Virus record (IMG/VR): IMGVR_UViG_648276647_000006
Span: 1-56,868 of that record
Source: a virus
Taxonomy: Duplodnaviria > Heunggongvirae > Uroviricota > Caudoviricetes
DNA length: 56,868 bases
Reading direction: 5' to 3' (one strand)
Shown here in pieces: positions 21,938 through 32,015 of the stretch (position 1 is the first letter of the stretch; each line of letters opens with the position of its first letter). The position numbers and the translations under genes were made by a program. The notes below the pieces were generated by a model that saw only the letters and a program-made list of their open reading frames with translations, had not been told where the DNA came from and ran no database searches.

Positions 21938-22117
21938 ATGGCACGTAAATACAACAAATTGTCCCGTGAAGCGTTAAAGATGCTTCTTGATGGCGTGAGT
22001 CGCAGCGAGGTAAAGCAATACCTGGTTGGTAAGCAAATTGGTGCCAGGACCGCTATTGCTGTGTTATGCCGTCAGGAAATGGTTGTGCTTAAACAGAGAA
22101 TGCCGGGCAGCAGATAA
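21938..22117 (+). CDS. small HTH-like protein
   Basis: Internal ATG with GGAG RBS; 59 aa. Confidence 0.45.
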   Translation: MARKYNKLSREALKMLLDGVSRSEVKQYLVGKQIGARTAIAVLCRQEMVVLKQRMPGSR

Positions 22118-22144
22118 AGCCCAATCAGTGATGAAAGGTGTGAT

Positions 22145-23188
22145 GTGAAAGCCGTAATTACTCCCTTTGTACAAAAAGAGCTTGGCGTCGCCACATTCAA
22201 AGTGGATCAGGAAGTCAGAAAGCTGGTGGAGGCTGGCCGTAAATTTATTATGGAGCCGGTGCCGCGTGAGTTAATCGAGCACATGGACGACGGCCTCGTT
22301 GTTTCCGAGCAAACTATGGCAACAAATGAGGCGTTGCAGCCGTTTTTTAACAGCGATGAACTGTTTCGCCGTATTGGTGGAATTGACGCGCTGGTGGCGT
22401 GGTTGCGCAGGAAAGAGGGGCAATGCCAGGCCGCAGATCGTAGCTGGTGTGACAACCATATTGTCCACGCAGAACGAGACAATAGCGCGGTGTTGTTGTG
22501 CTGGCATCACGATAACCATTACCGGATGCGTGGTTTTAATGAGCTGAAAGAAACGCTGCATAATAATCGCGTTAACTGGATACTGGATGTCGCCCGTCAG
22601 GAAATGGGGCTTTCAGATGGCCATGATTTAAGTATTCAGGAACTGTGCTGGTGGGCTTTCATGCGCAACATGATGCACCTGATGCCGGAAGAAGTTTGCC
22701 GTATATCAATAAATAAGATGAAAGCCGCAACGCAGGATAGCGGACCTCTGAAAGAGGCGGATATTCGCCCGTATGACGATCGCGCTACAGCATATGTTCA
22801 GATGATGGAAGAACGCGCCGCGCCGATGCGTGCAAAAGTATGCCCTGTGGATGTTGACTCCGACCCAGGTATGGCGCATTTCAAGATACCAAAACTTCAA
22901 TCGCTAAAATTGCCCGAGTACATGGACTTTGTGGCTTCCCGTCCATGCTGTGGCTGTGGAGCTGCGGGAGCTGGCGCTCACATTACGCCTTATATCGTTC
23001 GTCATAGTCGATTATGCGCGCATGACATTTATGCTATTCCTCTGTGCCAGTCATGCCAGCGTGATATTGAGCGTGACCGCGATAATTGGGAGAAGACGCA
23101 CGGTAGGCTGGCGATGCATCAACGATTGTTCTTTGATTACGCGCTTGGAGTCGGCGCTATCACAAGTCATTCGTCGAGTGTTAGATAA
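22145..23188 (+). CDS. Cys-rich hypothetical protein
   Basis: ORF track 347 aa, GTG start with AAGGTG RBS; several C-x2-C pairs near the C-terminus. Confidence 0.65.
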   Translation: MKAVITPFVQKELGVATFKVDQEVRKLVEAGRKFIMEPVPRELIEHMDDGLVVSEQTMATNEALQPFFNSDELFRRIGGIDALVAWLRRKEGQCQAADRSWCDNHIVHAERDNSAVLLCWHHDNHYRMRGFNELKETLHNNRVNWILDVARQEMGLSDGHDLSIQELCWWAFMRNMMHLMPEEVCRISINKMKAATQDSGPLKEADIRPYDDRATAYVQMMEERAAPMRAKVCPVDVDSDPGMAHFKIPKLQSLKLPEYMDFVASRPCCGCGAAGAGAHITPYIVRHSRLCAHDIYAIPLCQSCQRDIERDRDNWEKTHGRLAMHQRLFFDYALGVGAITSHSSSVR

Positions 23189-23189
23189 A

Positions 23190-23206
23190 ATTGCTCTAAT
23201 GTATTG
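23190..23206 (+). promoter_or_regulatory. C1 operator upstream of lpa
   Basis: ATTGCTCTAATGTATTG, followed by a second partial copy ATTGCTATTTC. Confidence 0.65.
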
Positions 23207-23276
23207 CTATTTCTTTAATCGAGGGTATTATATTCGACGTTGATTAGTTGACATGGGCTAATCAGTAGGTGACAGG

Positions 23277-23729
23277 ATGTTACTTAACTGGCAGGGACGC
23301 CACTTCATGGAAATAAATCACTCACGAATAACATCGTACGAGATTGCGGATTACATGATCCGCACTAAATCTCTTCTATCAGCGAAAGAACTCGCAGCAA
23401 TTCTTGAAAAGGAATACCCGCATCTGGATGTCGATAAGCGCGATGTTTATCTGCGCTTAAAGGCTATCGCTGTGTCTAAGTATTCGTCTGTTTTGATTGA
23501 TGACAGTACACGCCCACGTAGATTTCAGATCCACTCTCTGAATCCTGAATTCTTTCGCCGCAGCCGCGCTCCGCGCCGGTTTGATGAAAAACTCCAGAAC
23601 GAACTCTATATGACGCAGGACGAAAAGGAACGCCGGGAGCACCAGCCTTGGGTGATGGCGCGTCAACTTTTCAATAAGGTGGTCCGTCAGCACCGTCATT
23701 ACGGTAATGCCACATCCGCACGTATCTGA
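23277..23729 (+). CDS. lpa: late promoter activator
   Basis: ORF track 150 aa; position between the doc block and pacA with a C1 operator upstream matches P1 lpa (recollection). Confidence 0.65.
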   Translation: MLLNWQGRHFMEINHSRITSYEIADYMIRTKSLLSAKELAAILEKEYPHLDVDKRDVYLRLKAIAVSKYSSVLIDDSTRPRRFQIHSLNPEFFRRSRAPRRFDEKLQNELYMTQDEKERREHQPWVMARQLFNKVVRQHRHYGNATSARI

Positions 23730-23815
23730 TTGATTGCTTGCCCGTTCCGGGCCTTTTGACATGTGACTTTCGTTACCCTCGCGTCAAAAAGAGTTTTATA
23801 CGAAAGGAAGCATAA

Positions 23816-25009
23816 GTGACCTGGGACGATCACAAGAAGAATTTTGCTCGCCTGGCGCGAGATGGTGGTTACACCATCGCACAGTATGCCGCCGAGTTTA
23901 ATCTTAACCCTAATACCGCACGTCGTTATCTCCGTGCCTTCAAAGAAGACACCAGGACTGCGGACAGCCGCAAGCCAAATAAGCCAGTCAGGAAGCCACT
24001 AAAAAGCATGATCATTGATCACTCTAATGATCAACATGCAGGTGATCATATTGCGGCTGAAATAGCGGAAAAACAGAGAGTTAATGCCGTTGTCAGTGCC
24101 GCAGTCGAGAATGCGAAGCGCCAAAATAAGCGCATAAATGATCGTTCAGATGATCATGACGTGATCACCCGCGCCCACCGGACCTTACGTGATCGCCTGG
24201 AACGCGACACCCTGGATGATGATGGTGAACGCTTTGAATTCGAAGCTGGCGATTACCTGATAGATAACGTTGAAGCGCGGAAGGCCGCGCGTGCTATGTT
24301 GCGTCGTTCCGGAGCTGATGTTCTGGAAACCACTCTTCTGGAAAAGTCTCTTTCTCATCTCCTTATGCTGGAGAACGCCAGGGATACGTGTATTCGCCTG
24401 GTGCAGGAAATGCGCGATCAGCAAAAAGACGATGATGAAGGTACTCCGCCTGAATACCGTATCGCGAGCATGCTAAACAGCTGTTCCGCGCAGATAAGCA
24501 GCCTGATCAACACCATTTACAGCATCCGGAATAACTATCGAAAAGAAAGCCGGGAGGCGGAAAAGCACGCTTTGTCTATGGGGCAAGCTGGCATTGTTAA
24601 GCTGGCATACGAACGAAAGCGTGAAAATAACTGGTCAGTGCTGGAAGCGGCTGAATTCATCGAGGCGCATGGAGGGAAAGTGCCGCCCCTGATGCTGGAG
24701 CAAATCAAAGCCGATCTGCGTGCTCCTAAGACCAATACCGATGATGAGGAAAACCAAACAGCATCTGGCGCTCCATCACTTGAAGATCTGGATAAAATCG
24801 CGCGAGAACGGGCCGCCAGCCGCCGCGCTGATGCCGCATTGTGGATTGAGCATCGTAGAGAAGAAATTGCCGATATCGTCGATACAGGTGGTTATGGTGA
24901 TGTCGATGCGGAAGGCATATCAAACGAAGCATGGCTTGAACAGGATCTGGACGAAGACGAGGAGGAAGACGAAGAAGTTACCCGCAAACTGTACGGGGAT
25001 GATGATTAA
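23816..25009 (+). CDS. pacA: terminase small subunit / pac-recognition protein
   Basis: ORF track 397 aa, GTG start with GAAAGGAAG RBS; contains the pac hexamer cluster. Confidence 0.85.
   Translation: MTWDDHKKNFARLARDGGYTIAQYAAEFNLNPNTARRYLRAFKEDTRTADSRKPNKPVRKPLKSMIIDHSNDQHAGDHIAAEIAEKQRVNAVVSAAVENAKRQNKRINDRSDDHDVITRAHRTLRDRLERDTLDDDGERFEFEAGDYLIDNVEARKAARAMLRRSGADVLETTLLEKSLSHLLMLENARDTCIRLVQEMRDQQKDDDEGTPPEYRIASMLNSCSAQISSLINTIYSIRNNYRKESREAEKHALSMGQAGIVKLAYERKRENNWSVLEAAEFIEAHGGKVPPLMLEQIKADLRAPKTNTDDEENQTASGAPSLEDLDKIARERAASRRADAALWIEHRREEIADIVDTGGYGDVDAEGISNEAWLEQDLDEDEEEDEEVTRKLYGDDD
24009..24167 (+). other. pac packaging site
   Basis: Four TGATCA hexamers (24009, 24016, 24028, 24043) and three TGATCG/TGATCA (24139, 24151, 24162) about 160 bp apart, each carrying a Dam GATC. 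Confidence 0.8.
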
Positions 25010-26493
25010 TGGCCAGAAGTTGCGTAACGGACCCACGTTGGCGCGAGCTGGTGGCGCTATATCGTTATGACTGGATTGCGGCCGCTGATGTGTTGTTTGG
25101 GAAGACACCAACCTGGCAGCAGGATGAGATCATTGAGTCCACGCAGCAGGACGGCAGTTGGACAAGTGTGACCTCCGGCCATGGTACTGGTAAGTCGGAT
25201 ATGACGAGTATCATTGCAATACTCTTCATCATGTTTTTCCCCGGCGCCCGCGTCATTCTGGTCGCTAACAAAAGACAGCAAGTCCTTGATGGTATTTTCA
25301 AATACATAAAGAGCAATTGGGCTACTGCTGTTAGCAGATTCCCGTGGTTGTCGAAGTATTTCATTCTTACAGAAACGTCTTTTTTTGAGGTGACTGGCAA
25401 GGGTGTTTGGACAATATTGATAAAGTCCTGTCGCCCCGGAAATGAGGAGGCGTTGGCTGGTGAACACGCCGATCATCTCTTGTATATCATCGACGAAGCG
25501 TCGGGTGTGAGTGATAAAGCATTCAGTGTGATAACAGGTGCGCTGACCGGTAAGGATAACCGTATTCTGCTTCTTTCCCAGCCTACGCGACCTTCAGGCT
25601 ATTTCTACGATTCACACCACAGACTAGCTATTCGCCCGGGAAATCCTGATGGATTGTTTACTGCGATAATACTGAATAGTGAAGAATCTCCGCTTGTAGA
25701 TGCAAAATTTATACGAGCAAAACTTGCGGAGTATGGCGGTCGTGATAACCCCATGTACATGATCAAAGTACGTGGTGAATTTCCCAAATCTCAAGATGGC
25801 TTTCTTCTTGGTCGTGATGAGGTTGAGCGGGCGACGCGGCGAAAGGTCAAGATTGCCAAAGGATGGGGCTGGGTTGCATGTGTTGACGTTGCTGGTGGCA
25901 CAGGACGAGATAAGTCCGTTATTAATATCATGATGGTGTCCGGCCAGCGAAATAAACGCCGTGTAATCAACTATCGTATGCAGGAATACACAGACGTTAC
26001 AGAAACGCAGTTAGCCGCCAAGATTTTCGCAGAATGTAACCCAGAACGGTTCCCGAACATAACCATAGCTATTGATGGCGATGGCTTGGGGAAATCGACG
26101 GCTGATCTGATGTACGAACGCTATGGTATTACCGTCCAGCGTATCCGCTGGGGTAAAAAGATGCACAGCCGTGAAGATAAAAGCCTTTATTTCGATATGC
26201 GCGCTTTCGCGAATATTCAGGCGGCAGAAGCTGTAAAATCAGGGCGTATGCGGCTTGATAAGGGGGCTGCGACTATAGAGGAAGCATCAAAGATACCGGT
26301 AGGGATAAATTCCGCAGGTCAATGGAAGGTGATGTCAAAGGAAGATATGAAGAAAAAACTCAACCTGCACTCACCGGACCATTGGGATACATATTGTTTC
26401 GCTATGTTGGCGAACTATGTTCCCCAAGATGAAGTGCTTAGCGTCGAAGACGAAGCGCAGGTTGATGAAGCTCTGGCATGGCTTAATGAATAA
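25009..26493 (+). CDS. pacB: terminase large subunit
   Basis: ORF track 494 aa; ATG overlaps the pacA stop; ATPase-like IIDEASGV segment. Confidence 0.85.
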   Translation: MARSCVTDPRWRELVALYRYDWIAAADVLFGKTPTWQQDEIIESTQQDGSWTSVTSGHGTGKSDMTSIIAILFIMFFPGARVILVANKRQQVLDGIFKYIKSNWATAVSRFPWLSKYFILTETSFFEVTGKGVWTILIKSCRPGNEEALAGEHADHLLYIIDEASGVSDKAFSVITGALTGKDNRILLLSQPTRPSGYFYDSHHRLAIRPGNPDGLFTAIILNSEESPLVDAKFIRAKLAEYGGRDNPMYMIKVRGEFPKSQDGFLLGRDEVERATRRKVKIAKGWGWVACVDVAGGTGRDKSVINIMMVSGQRNKRRVINYRMQEYTDVTETQLAAKIFAECNPERFPNITIAIDGDGLGKSTADLMYERYGITVQRIRWGKKMHSREDKSLYFDMRAFANIQAAEAVKSGRMRLDKGAATIEEASKIPVGINSAGQWKVMSKEDMKKKLNLHSPDHWDTYCFAMLANYVPQDEVLSVEDEAQVDEALAWLNE

Positions 26494-26518
26494 CAATTTG
26501 ACCATGCCGGATGGAAAA

Positions 26519-27370
26519 CTATTGCGCGCTTTCGGGGTTGCTGTTTACTGGCTGCCCCTTCTTAGTTTTACGGCTGCGCGTAACTGATGCGGCTGATTTG
26601 ACCTTTTTCTCTTCGCGAGTGATGGCAATTTGTTTTTTTACATTTTCAATATCTGCCAGGCGATATATTTTTGCCTGCGGCCAGCGGTCGCAGATGATCG
26701 GTTCTATAGAGTCATAAAGGCTAAATTTTGCTTTCTCGAATTCACCGTTGATGATGATTCCATCACGGAGAGTTTCATCGCAGATAAACACACCACATAG
26801 CGGCACATGGTAACTAACTGATTTACCATCATTGTAGTTAGGGCTACTGGAAATGTAATGGACGCGCAGCATTGTTTCGCTAAAGCCGTGTACGCGCATA
26901 CGGAATTTTTCATCCTCCGGGTACTGCTTCATTAGCTCTTTTGTTGCTTCCAGGTTCTCTATGTATTTCGCACTGTGCTCATTGATCCCCGCGCTTTTTT
27001 GGATGCGAATGTCCTTATCAATCAGATGAATAATGCGGCCAGCGGTCATATTGACGCTGTTCACAGCTTCTGTCTGATAAGTCGTAACCTTACGCACACC
27101 GCGAAGGATGTTAGGCACAGGATATAAAATAGTCTTTGGGATATTGAGATCTGGGTACTGTTCCAGTTCCCGCGCCATTAAAGTCCATTTATCAATTTCA
27201 GCCTGAATGCTGTCCGTTTCTTTGAACGGTAGAACGACAACCGGGCGTACAGGACGACCGTCGCTGGCGGTATCAACGTGTTGGGCGCGTGCAACAGCTT
27301 TTTTTAGAAAGAGATCCCTGAAGCTGACGAACTCCTGGTACAGTTGTTCGCCGTAGACATAATTTATCAT
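26519..27370 (-). CDS. c1: C1 repressor of lysogeny
   Basis: ORF track 283 aa; sequence and length match P1 C1 as I recall it; its operator motif recurs across the window. Confidence 0.9.
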   Translation of the reverse strand: MINYVYGEQLYQEFVSFRDLFLKKAVARAQHVDTASDGRPVRPVVVLPFKETDSIQAEIDKWTLMARELEQYPDLNIPKTILYPVPNILRGVRKVTTYQTEAVNSVNMTAGRIIHLIDKDIRIQKSAGINEHSAKYIENLEATKELMKQYPEDEKFRMRVHGFSETMLRVHYISSSPNYNDGKSVSYHVPLCGVFICDETLRDGIIINGEFEKAKFSLYDSIEPIICDRWPQAKIYRLADIENVKKQIAITREEKKVKSAASVTRSRKTKKGQPVNSNPESAQ

Positions 27371-27480
27371 TGATCCTCCTCCAGAATTGACATGGTCAAT
27401 AACGCCCGGCTGAGAAAACCGGTCATTACTGACCTATATTATAGAGGGATCAAACAAAAATAATAGATTTATTAGTGCAT

Positions 27481-27690
27481 TTATTGTGAGTCTAACTGGT
27501 TAGTTGCCATGAGATATTCGATTGTGTCAGTGAGGTCATCCAGGTCGTCTTGGGTGATTCGGTACTCCTGATTGGATATCTTTGAGTAGTGTTCAGCAAT
27601 GGCGCGGGCAGCGTCGGTTTCGGCAGGGTCTACAGATAAAGCGTTAGAGCAATGTCTAACGTCGTCGATGGTTGGTTGAATGAAAGCCAT
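27481..27690 (-). CDS. coi: C1 inactivator
   Basis: ORF track 69 aa immediately upstream of c1 on the same strand. Confidence 0.75.
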   Translation of the reverse strand: MAFIQPTIDDVRHCSNALSVDPAETDAARAIAEHYSKISNQEYRITQDDLDDLTDTIEYLMATNQLDSQ

Positions 27691-27928
27691 AATTATGCCT
27701 CACTGTATTGACAACACAGAGCCTGAAGCTCTGACCTACTGTTTCACCCATGATCCATGCTGGGGTAATCTAACAACATTGCGCTGTGTGTAAGATGAGC
27801 AATGCATAGCTGTAATGCCGTTGTATAAGGTTTCCCTGTTTGCTCATTTCCTTCTGAGCCGCTCTACAACGCTGAAGACACATTAAATAGTGAATCCAAA
27901 GTCGTATTACGTAACGGCGGCAAAACTA

Positions 27929-27945
27929 TAATTTATTAGAGCAAT
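27929..27945 (-). promoter_or_regulatory. C1 operator (Op99-type, c1/coi autoregulation region)
   Basis: Reverse complement ATTGCTCTAATAAATTA. Confidence 0.8.
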
Positions 27946-28011
27946 TGTCAAACAACTATGAAAAACAATCCAGTTTTTAGCTGGTGGAGTGGGATTTTTC
28001 TCTCAAAATTT

Positions 28012-28028
28012 ATTGCTCTAATAATTCT
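28012..28028 (+). promoter_or_regulatory. C1 operator
   Basis: ATTGCTCTAATAATTCT. Confidence 0.75.
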
Positions 28029-28071
28029 TGATTTTTGTTCGCAGCTGGACGTAAACTCCTCTTCAGATCTA

Positions 28072-28105
28072 ATAACTTCGTATAGCATACATTATACGAA
28101 GTTAT
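28072..28105 (+). other. loxP recombination site
   Basis: ATAACTTCGTATA-GCATACAT-TATACGAAGTTAT: two 13-bp inverted arms around the 8-bp spacer. Confidence 0.97.
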
Positions 28106-28294
28106 CTTAAGGGTTATTGAACATGATCAATTTACCTGTAAATCCATACAGTTCAATACCTTATCAGGTCAAATAGTGATCACTTGATCATTTGATCAAG
28201 GTTGCGCTACGTAAAATCTGCGAAATGTTGGCAGTGTTAGTGCTCCAGATTTCGCGTAGCGCACTTAGCACCACCAATCAATCAGAGGTGAAAA

Positions 28295-28516
28295 ATGGGA
28301 TATTCAGCTGCTAAAGTGTCCACTCATATTGAGCTTGAGAAAAACCGTGGTTACTGGCGGGCAAAAGGGTTTGAGCGTGATAGTTACCAACTGTCATTAT
28401 CTCGCGGTGAAGAGAAAATAGAACGCACGCGCGGTCGCTGGCGTTTCTATGACGAGAACCATAACCAGGTAAAGGCAGAGCCAATCCTGTACACTCTGCT
28501 GAAAACAATAATTTAA
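28295..28516 (+). CDS. hypothetical protein between loxP and cre
   Basis: ORF track 73 aa; AGAGGTGA RBS. Confidence 0.55.
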   Translation: MGYSAAKVSTHIELEKNRGYWRAKGFERDSYQLSLSRGEEKIERTRGRWRFYDENHNQVKAEPILYTLLKTII

Positions 28517-28535
28517 CTTGATCATGAGGTGATGA

Positions 28536-28931
28536 ATGTTTAATGGCCTGACAGATGCCAAGGTAAACGCCTTACTGAACGACGCAAAACAAAAAGCTGC
28601 TAACCCTGGAACGAATGAAAATGAACGTGCTATGGCTGTTGCAATTTGGGAGTTAGCAGAAGAAGTAAAGCGAAACCGCTTACTATACACTCGGGTTTAC
28701 CAGCAATTTGATGGTGCGAGCTGGATAGATATCGAAGAGGCTGAATATGCAACATGCAAAAAAGAAAAAAAGATTGTTCGGATTTTGCATAAAGCAGCAA
28801 CCCCAATCACTGTAGAAATCCCCGATCACAGATATTTCGAGAACGATGATCTACCAGGGGATGTGATTCGAATTATTGATGAGATACTTCATGAACAAGG
28901 CTTAACTGTTAAAATTACGCATAATAAATGA
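28536..28931 (+). CDS. hypothetical protein, translationally coupled to cre
   Basis: ORF track 131 aa; GAGGTGA RBS; its stop overlaps the cre ATG. Confidence 0.6.
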   Translation: MFNGLTDAKVNALLNDAKQKAANPGTNENERAMAVAIWELAEEVKRNRLLYTRVYQQFDGASWIDIEEAEYATCKKEKKIVRILHKAATPITVEIPDHRYFENDDLPGDVIRIIDEILHEQGLTVKITHNK

Positions 28932-29959
28932 CTAATTCGTTAACCGTTCACCAAAATTTGCCTGCATTGCCGGTCGATGCAACGAGTGATGAGGTTCGCA
29001 AGAACCTGATGGACATGTTCAGGGATCGCCAGGCGTTTTCTGAGCATACCTGGAAAATGCTTCTGTCCGTTTGCCGGTCGTGGGCGGCATGGTGCAAGTT
29101 GAATAACCGGAAATGGTTTCCCGCAGAACCTGAAGATGTTCGCGATTACCTTCTATATCTTCAGGCGCGTGGTCTGGCAGTAAAAACTATCCAGCAACAT
29201 TTGGGCCAGCTAAACATGCTTCATCGTCGGTCCGGGCTGCCACGACCAAGTGACAGCAATGCTGTTTCACTGGTCATGCGACGGATCCGAAAAGAAAACG
29301 TTGATGCCGGTGAGCGTGCAAAACAGGCGCTGGCGTTCGAACGCACTGATTTCGACCAGGTTCGTTCACTCATGGAAAATAGCGATCGCTGCCAGGATAT
29401 ACGTAATCTGGCATTTCTGGGGATTGCTTATAACACCCTGTTACGTATAGCCGAAATTTCCAGGATCAGGGTTAAAGATATCTCACGTACTGACGGTGGG
29501 AGGATGTTAATCCATATTGGCAGAACGAAAACGCTGGTTAGCACCGCTGGTGTAGAGAAGGCACTTAGCCTGGGGGTAACTAAACTGGTTGAGCGATGGA
29601 TTTCTGTCTCTGGTGTAGCTGATGATCCGAATAACTACCTGTTTTGCCGCGTCAGAAAAAATGGTGTTGCCGCGCCATCATCCACCAGCCAGCTATCAAC
29701 TCGCGCCCTGGAAGGGATTTTTGAAGCAACTCACCGATTGATTTACGGGGCAAAAGATGACTCTGGTCAGCGATACCTGGCCTGGTCTGGACATAGTGCC
29801 CGTGTCGGTGCCGCGCGAGATATGGCCCGCGCCGGAGTTTCAATACCGGAGATCATGCAAGCTGGTGGCTGGACCAACGTAAATATTGTCATGAACTACA
29901 TTCGTAACCTGGATAGTGAAACGGGGGCAATGGTGCGCCTGCTGGAAGATGGCGGTTAG
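28928..29959 (+). CDS. cre: Cre tyrosine recombinase
   Basis: ORF track 343 aa; near-identical to P1 Cre as I recall it (LTVHQNLPALPVDATSDEVRKNLMDMFRDRQAF...), with catalytic R, H-x-x-R and Y regions present. Confidence 0.97.
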   Translation: MTNSLTVHQNLPALPVDATSDEVRKNLMDMFRDRQAFSEHTWKMLLSVCRSWAAWCKLNNRKWFPAEPEDVRDYLLYLQARGLAVKTIQQHLGQLNMLHRRSGLPRPSDSNAVSLVMRRIRKENVDAGERAKQALAFERTDFDQVRSLMENSDRCQDIRNLAFLGIAYNTLLRIAEISRIRVKDISRTDGGRMLIHIGRTKTLVSTAGVEKALSLGVTKLVERWISVSGVADDPNNYLFCRVRKNGVAAPSSTSQLSTRALEGIFEATHRLIYGAKDDSGQRYLAWSGHSARVGAARDMARAGVSIPEIMQAGGWTNVNIVMNYIRNLDSETGAMVRLLEDGG

Positions 29960-29975
29960 CCGTCAATTTGCGCTT

Positions 29976-29992
29976 GATTGCTCTAATTATTT
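29976..29992 (+). promoter_or_regulatory. C1 operator
   Basis: ATTGCTCTAATTATTTG just after the cre stop. Confidence 0.7.
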
Positions 29993-30009
29993 GATGTTTA
30001 TGGTGACAC

Positions 30010-30321
30010 ATGCGGAAGGATTTCAAAATAGACGGAAAATATGTGGTGCTGTCTGTAAGCTCTCAAATTCAGTCACCATCTGTCATTGTCACCGTAAAAT
30101 TGAGCGATAGGATGCCAGATATCGACTCGATATCTGTTGCGTTCCCCGTTAAAAGCATGCGGAGTGCTGAACATTTTGTGATGAATGCAACGGAGGAGGA
30201 AGCGCGGCGCGGGCTTAATAGAGTGATGGCGGAATTTGGCGAACTCCTGGGTAAGGTAAACAATGCCCTTTCAATCAGTTCAGCAAGATCCAAAGCGTTA
30301 ACAGCTTCCATGATGAAATAA
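30010..30321 (+). CDS. hypothetical protein (c8 region in P1)
   Basis: ORF track 103 aa; GGTGA RBS. Confidence 0.6.
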   Translation: MRKDFKIDGKYVVLSVSSQIQSPSVIVTVKLSDRMPDIDSISVAFPVKSMRSAEHFVMNATEEEARRGLNRVMAEFGELLGKVNNALSISSARSKALTASMMK

Positions 30322-30325
30322 AAAA

Positions 30326-30346
30326 AGCCTGGCAAGGAGCCAGGCT
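30326..30346. terminator. hairpin
   Basis: AGCCTGGC-AAGGA-GCCAGGCT with an A run on the 5' side. Confidence 0.5.
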
Positions 30347-30452
30347 GCACAAAAGAGCGGGTTTGTATTCCGCATCCAATCAATCAAGAAGGAGTATAGC
30401 ACACAGGTACTGAAGTGAAAAAATGTGATTCGCGATTAACAAAATATCTATC

Positions 30453-30481
30453 ATTGCTCTAATTGATTGCTATAATTGAGC
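30453..30481 (+). promoter_or_regulatory. tandem overlapping C1 operators upstream of ref
   Basis: ATTGCTCTAATTGATTGCTATAATTGAG: a full operator copy followed by a second ATTGCTATAAT copy containing a TATAAT -10. Confidence 0.7.
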
Positions 30482-30536
30482 CGCAGTTTTTGTCAACTAC
30501 GAAGACATTGCCATTACTTCACTCCTTGACATCATT

Positions 30537-30562
30537 GGCGGCCATTAGGCCGCCTTTTTTTT
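30537..30562 (+). terminator. intrinsic terminator-like hairpin 5 nt upstream of the ref ATG
   Basis: GGCGGCC-ATTA-GGCCGCC followed by T8. Confidence 0.6.
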
Positions 30563-30567
30563 GCCAT

Positions 30568-31128
30568 ATGAAAACAATCGAACAAAAAATTGAACAGTGC
30601 CGCAAGTGGCAGAAGGCAGCCAGAGAACGAGCTATCGCTCGGCAACGGGAAAAGTTGGCTGACCCCGCCTGGCGAGAATCGCAATATCAGAAAATGCGGG
30701 ATTCTATCGACCGCCGTATCGCTAAACAGAAAGAGCGCCCACCAGCCAGCAAAACGCGGAAAAGTGCGGTAAAGATAAAATCTCGTGGCTTGAAGGGGCG
30801 AACACCGACAGCGGAGGAACGGAGCATCGCCAATGCTCTTGGCGCTCTCCCCTGCATTGCCTGCTATATGCATGGAGTAATATCTGAAGAGGTATCTCTG
30901 CACCATATCTCCGGTCGTACCGCGCCGGGTTGTCACAAAAAGCAATTGCCCCTTTGTAGATGGCACCACCAGCATGCAGCACCGGCTGAAGTAAGAGAAA
31001 AATACCCCTGGCTGGTCCCTGTCCATGCCGATGGTGTGGTTGGAGGCAAGAAAGAATTCACCTTGCTGAACAAGTCAGAGATGGAGTTGCTGGCTGACGC
31101 CTATGAGATGGCAAACATCATGCACTAA
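30568..31128 (+). CDS. ref: Ref recombination-enhancement HNH endonuclease
   Basis: MKTIEQKIEQCRKWQKAARERAIARQREKLAD... matches P1 Ref as I recall it; HNH-type Cys/His cluster (CIACYMH...HHISG...CRWHH). Confidence 0.9.
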   Translation: MKTIEQKIEQCRKWQKAARERAIARQREKLADPAWRESQYQKMRDSIDRRIAKQKERPPASKTRKSAVKIKSRGLKGRTPTAEERSIANALGALPCIACYMHGVISEEVSLHHISGRTAPGCHKKQLPLCRWHHQHAAPAEVREKYPWLVPVHADGVVGGKKEFTLLNKSEMELLADAYEMANIMH

Positions 31129-31317
31129 TAAATATATTATTTTTAATGATAAATGATTGACAACTGACAAGTTACTTCAGTCAGAATCATCACACGCCCG
31201 GTACGGATGGATCCCTTTTCAAATATTCCATGGACGGCACAGTCTGAGTACCGGGCGCTACCTTCAGTTGTATTGCTAAGCCGCCGCTGGTGGCTTTTCT
31301 TTTTTGTAGGGGGCGCT

Positions 31318-31959
31318 ATGGATAAGAAAATATGCGTTGTTTCGATGAGCGTCGGCAAACCGGCGTCAATGACTGCTGCATGGATCAATAACGAGCTGAT
31401 AATGGCTGAGCGGACCAGCTACCCTGAACGCCGCCGCGATATGGAACTCCAGCTGCTGCGCGAATTGCGAGAAAAAGAGGAAAAGGGTTTTATCGTGCTG
31501 GTGGAAGAGGAAAACAGCTTTATTACTGGACGAGTTGGCCAGCGTGTAAGGTTGCGCGATCCCTTCATGAACGGCAGGCCGGTACTAATTGAGGCAATGC
31601 AGATTTACAAGGAGCTGGAACGCCAGAAAGCGATCAAGTTACCGCGCAAAGAATCCGGCAAATACATCCTCCACCAAAGCATCTTCGATTCCGAACACGA
31701 CAAAAAAGGCGATGAATTTTTCAACATCAACTGGAGCGAAATAACGACAGAGCATGTTCTGACGTTACTATGTTGCTTTGCGACGGAATACAACAACGTT
31801 GCCAGCGCAGACTACATCAGGGCAATGGCTGGAGAAGTTGAGGCACGCCAGGAACCATCGTTACTAAGCCCTCTGATTAACATAATTCGCGGAACCCAAA
31901 CGCTGGCACAAAAACAGGTGCCTAAGGGAGTATTAACAGGAAAAGGAAATTATCTATAA
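31318..31959 (+). CDS. hypothetical protein (mat position in P1)
   Basis: Start taken at ATG 31318 (AGGGGG RBS) within track ORF 31207..31959. Confidence 0.55.
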   Translation: MDKKICVVSMSVGKPASMTAAWINNELIMAERTSYPERRRDMELQLLRELREKEEKGFIVLVEEENSFITGRVGQRVRLRDPFMNGRPVLIEAMQIYKELERQKAIKLPRKESGKYILHQSIFDSEHDKKGDEFFNINWSEITTEHVLTLLCCFATEYNNVASADYIRAMAGEVEARQEPSLLSPLINIIRGTQTLAQKQVPKGVLTGKGNYL

Positions 31960-32015
31960 ACGTCAATGCATTAGGGTATACTTCTCCGTAGAACTATAAG
32001 TAAATGGAGTAAGTA

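Noticed and set aside
30463-30567. Upstream Met of the track ORF as the ref start
   Set aside because: That extension would translate through a perfect terminator hairpin and T8 tract; the product from ATG 30568 begins MKTIEQKIEQ like P1 Ref.
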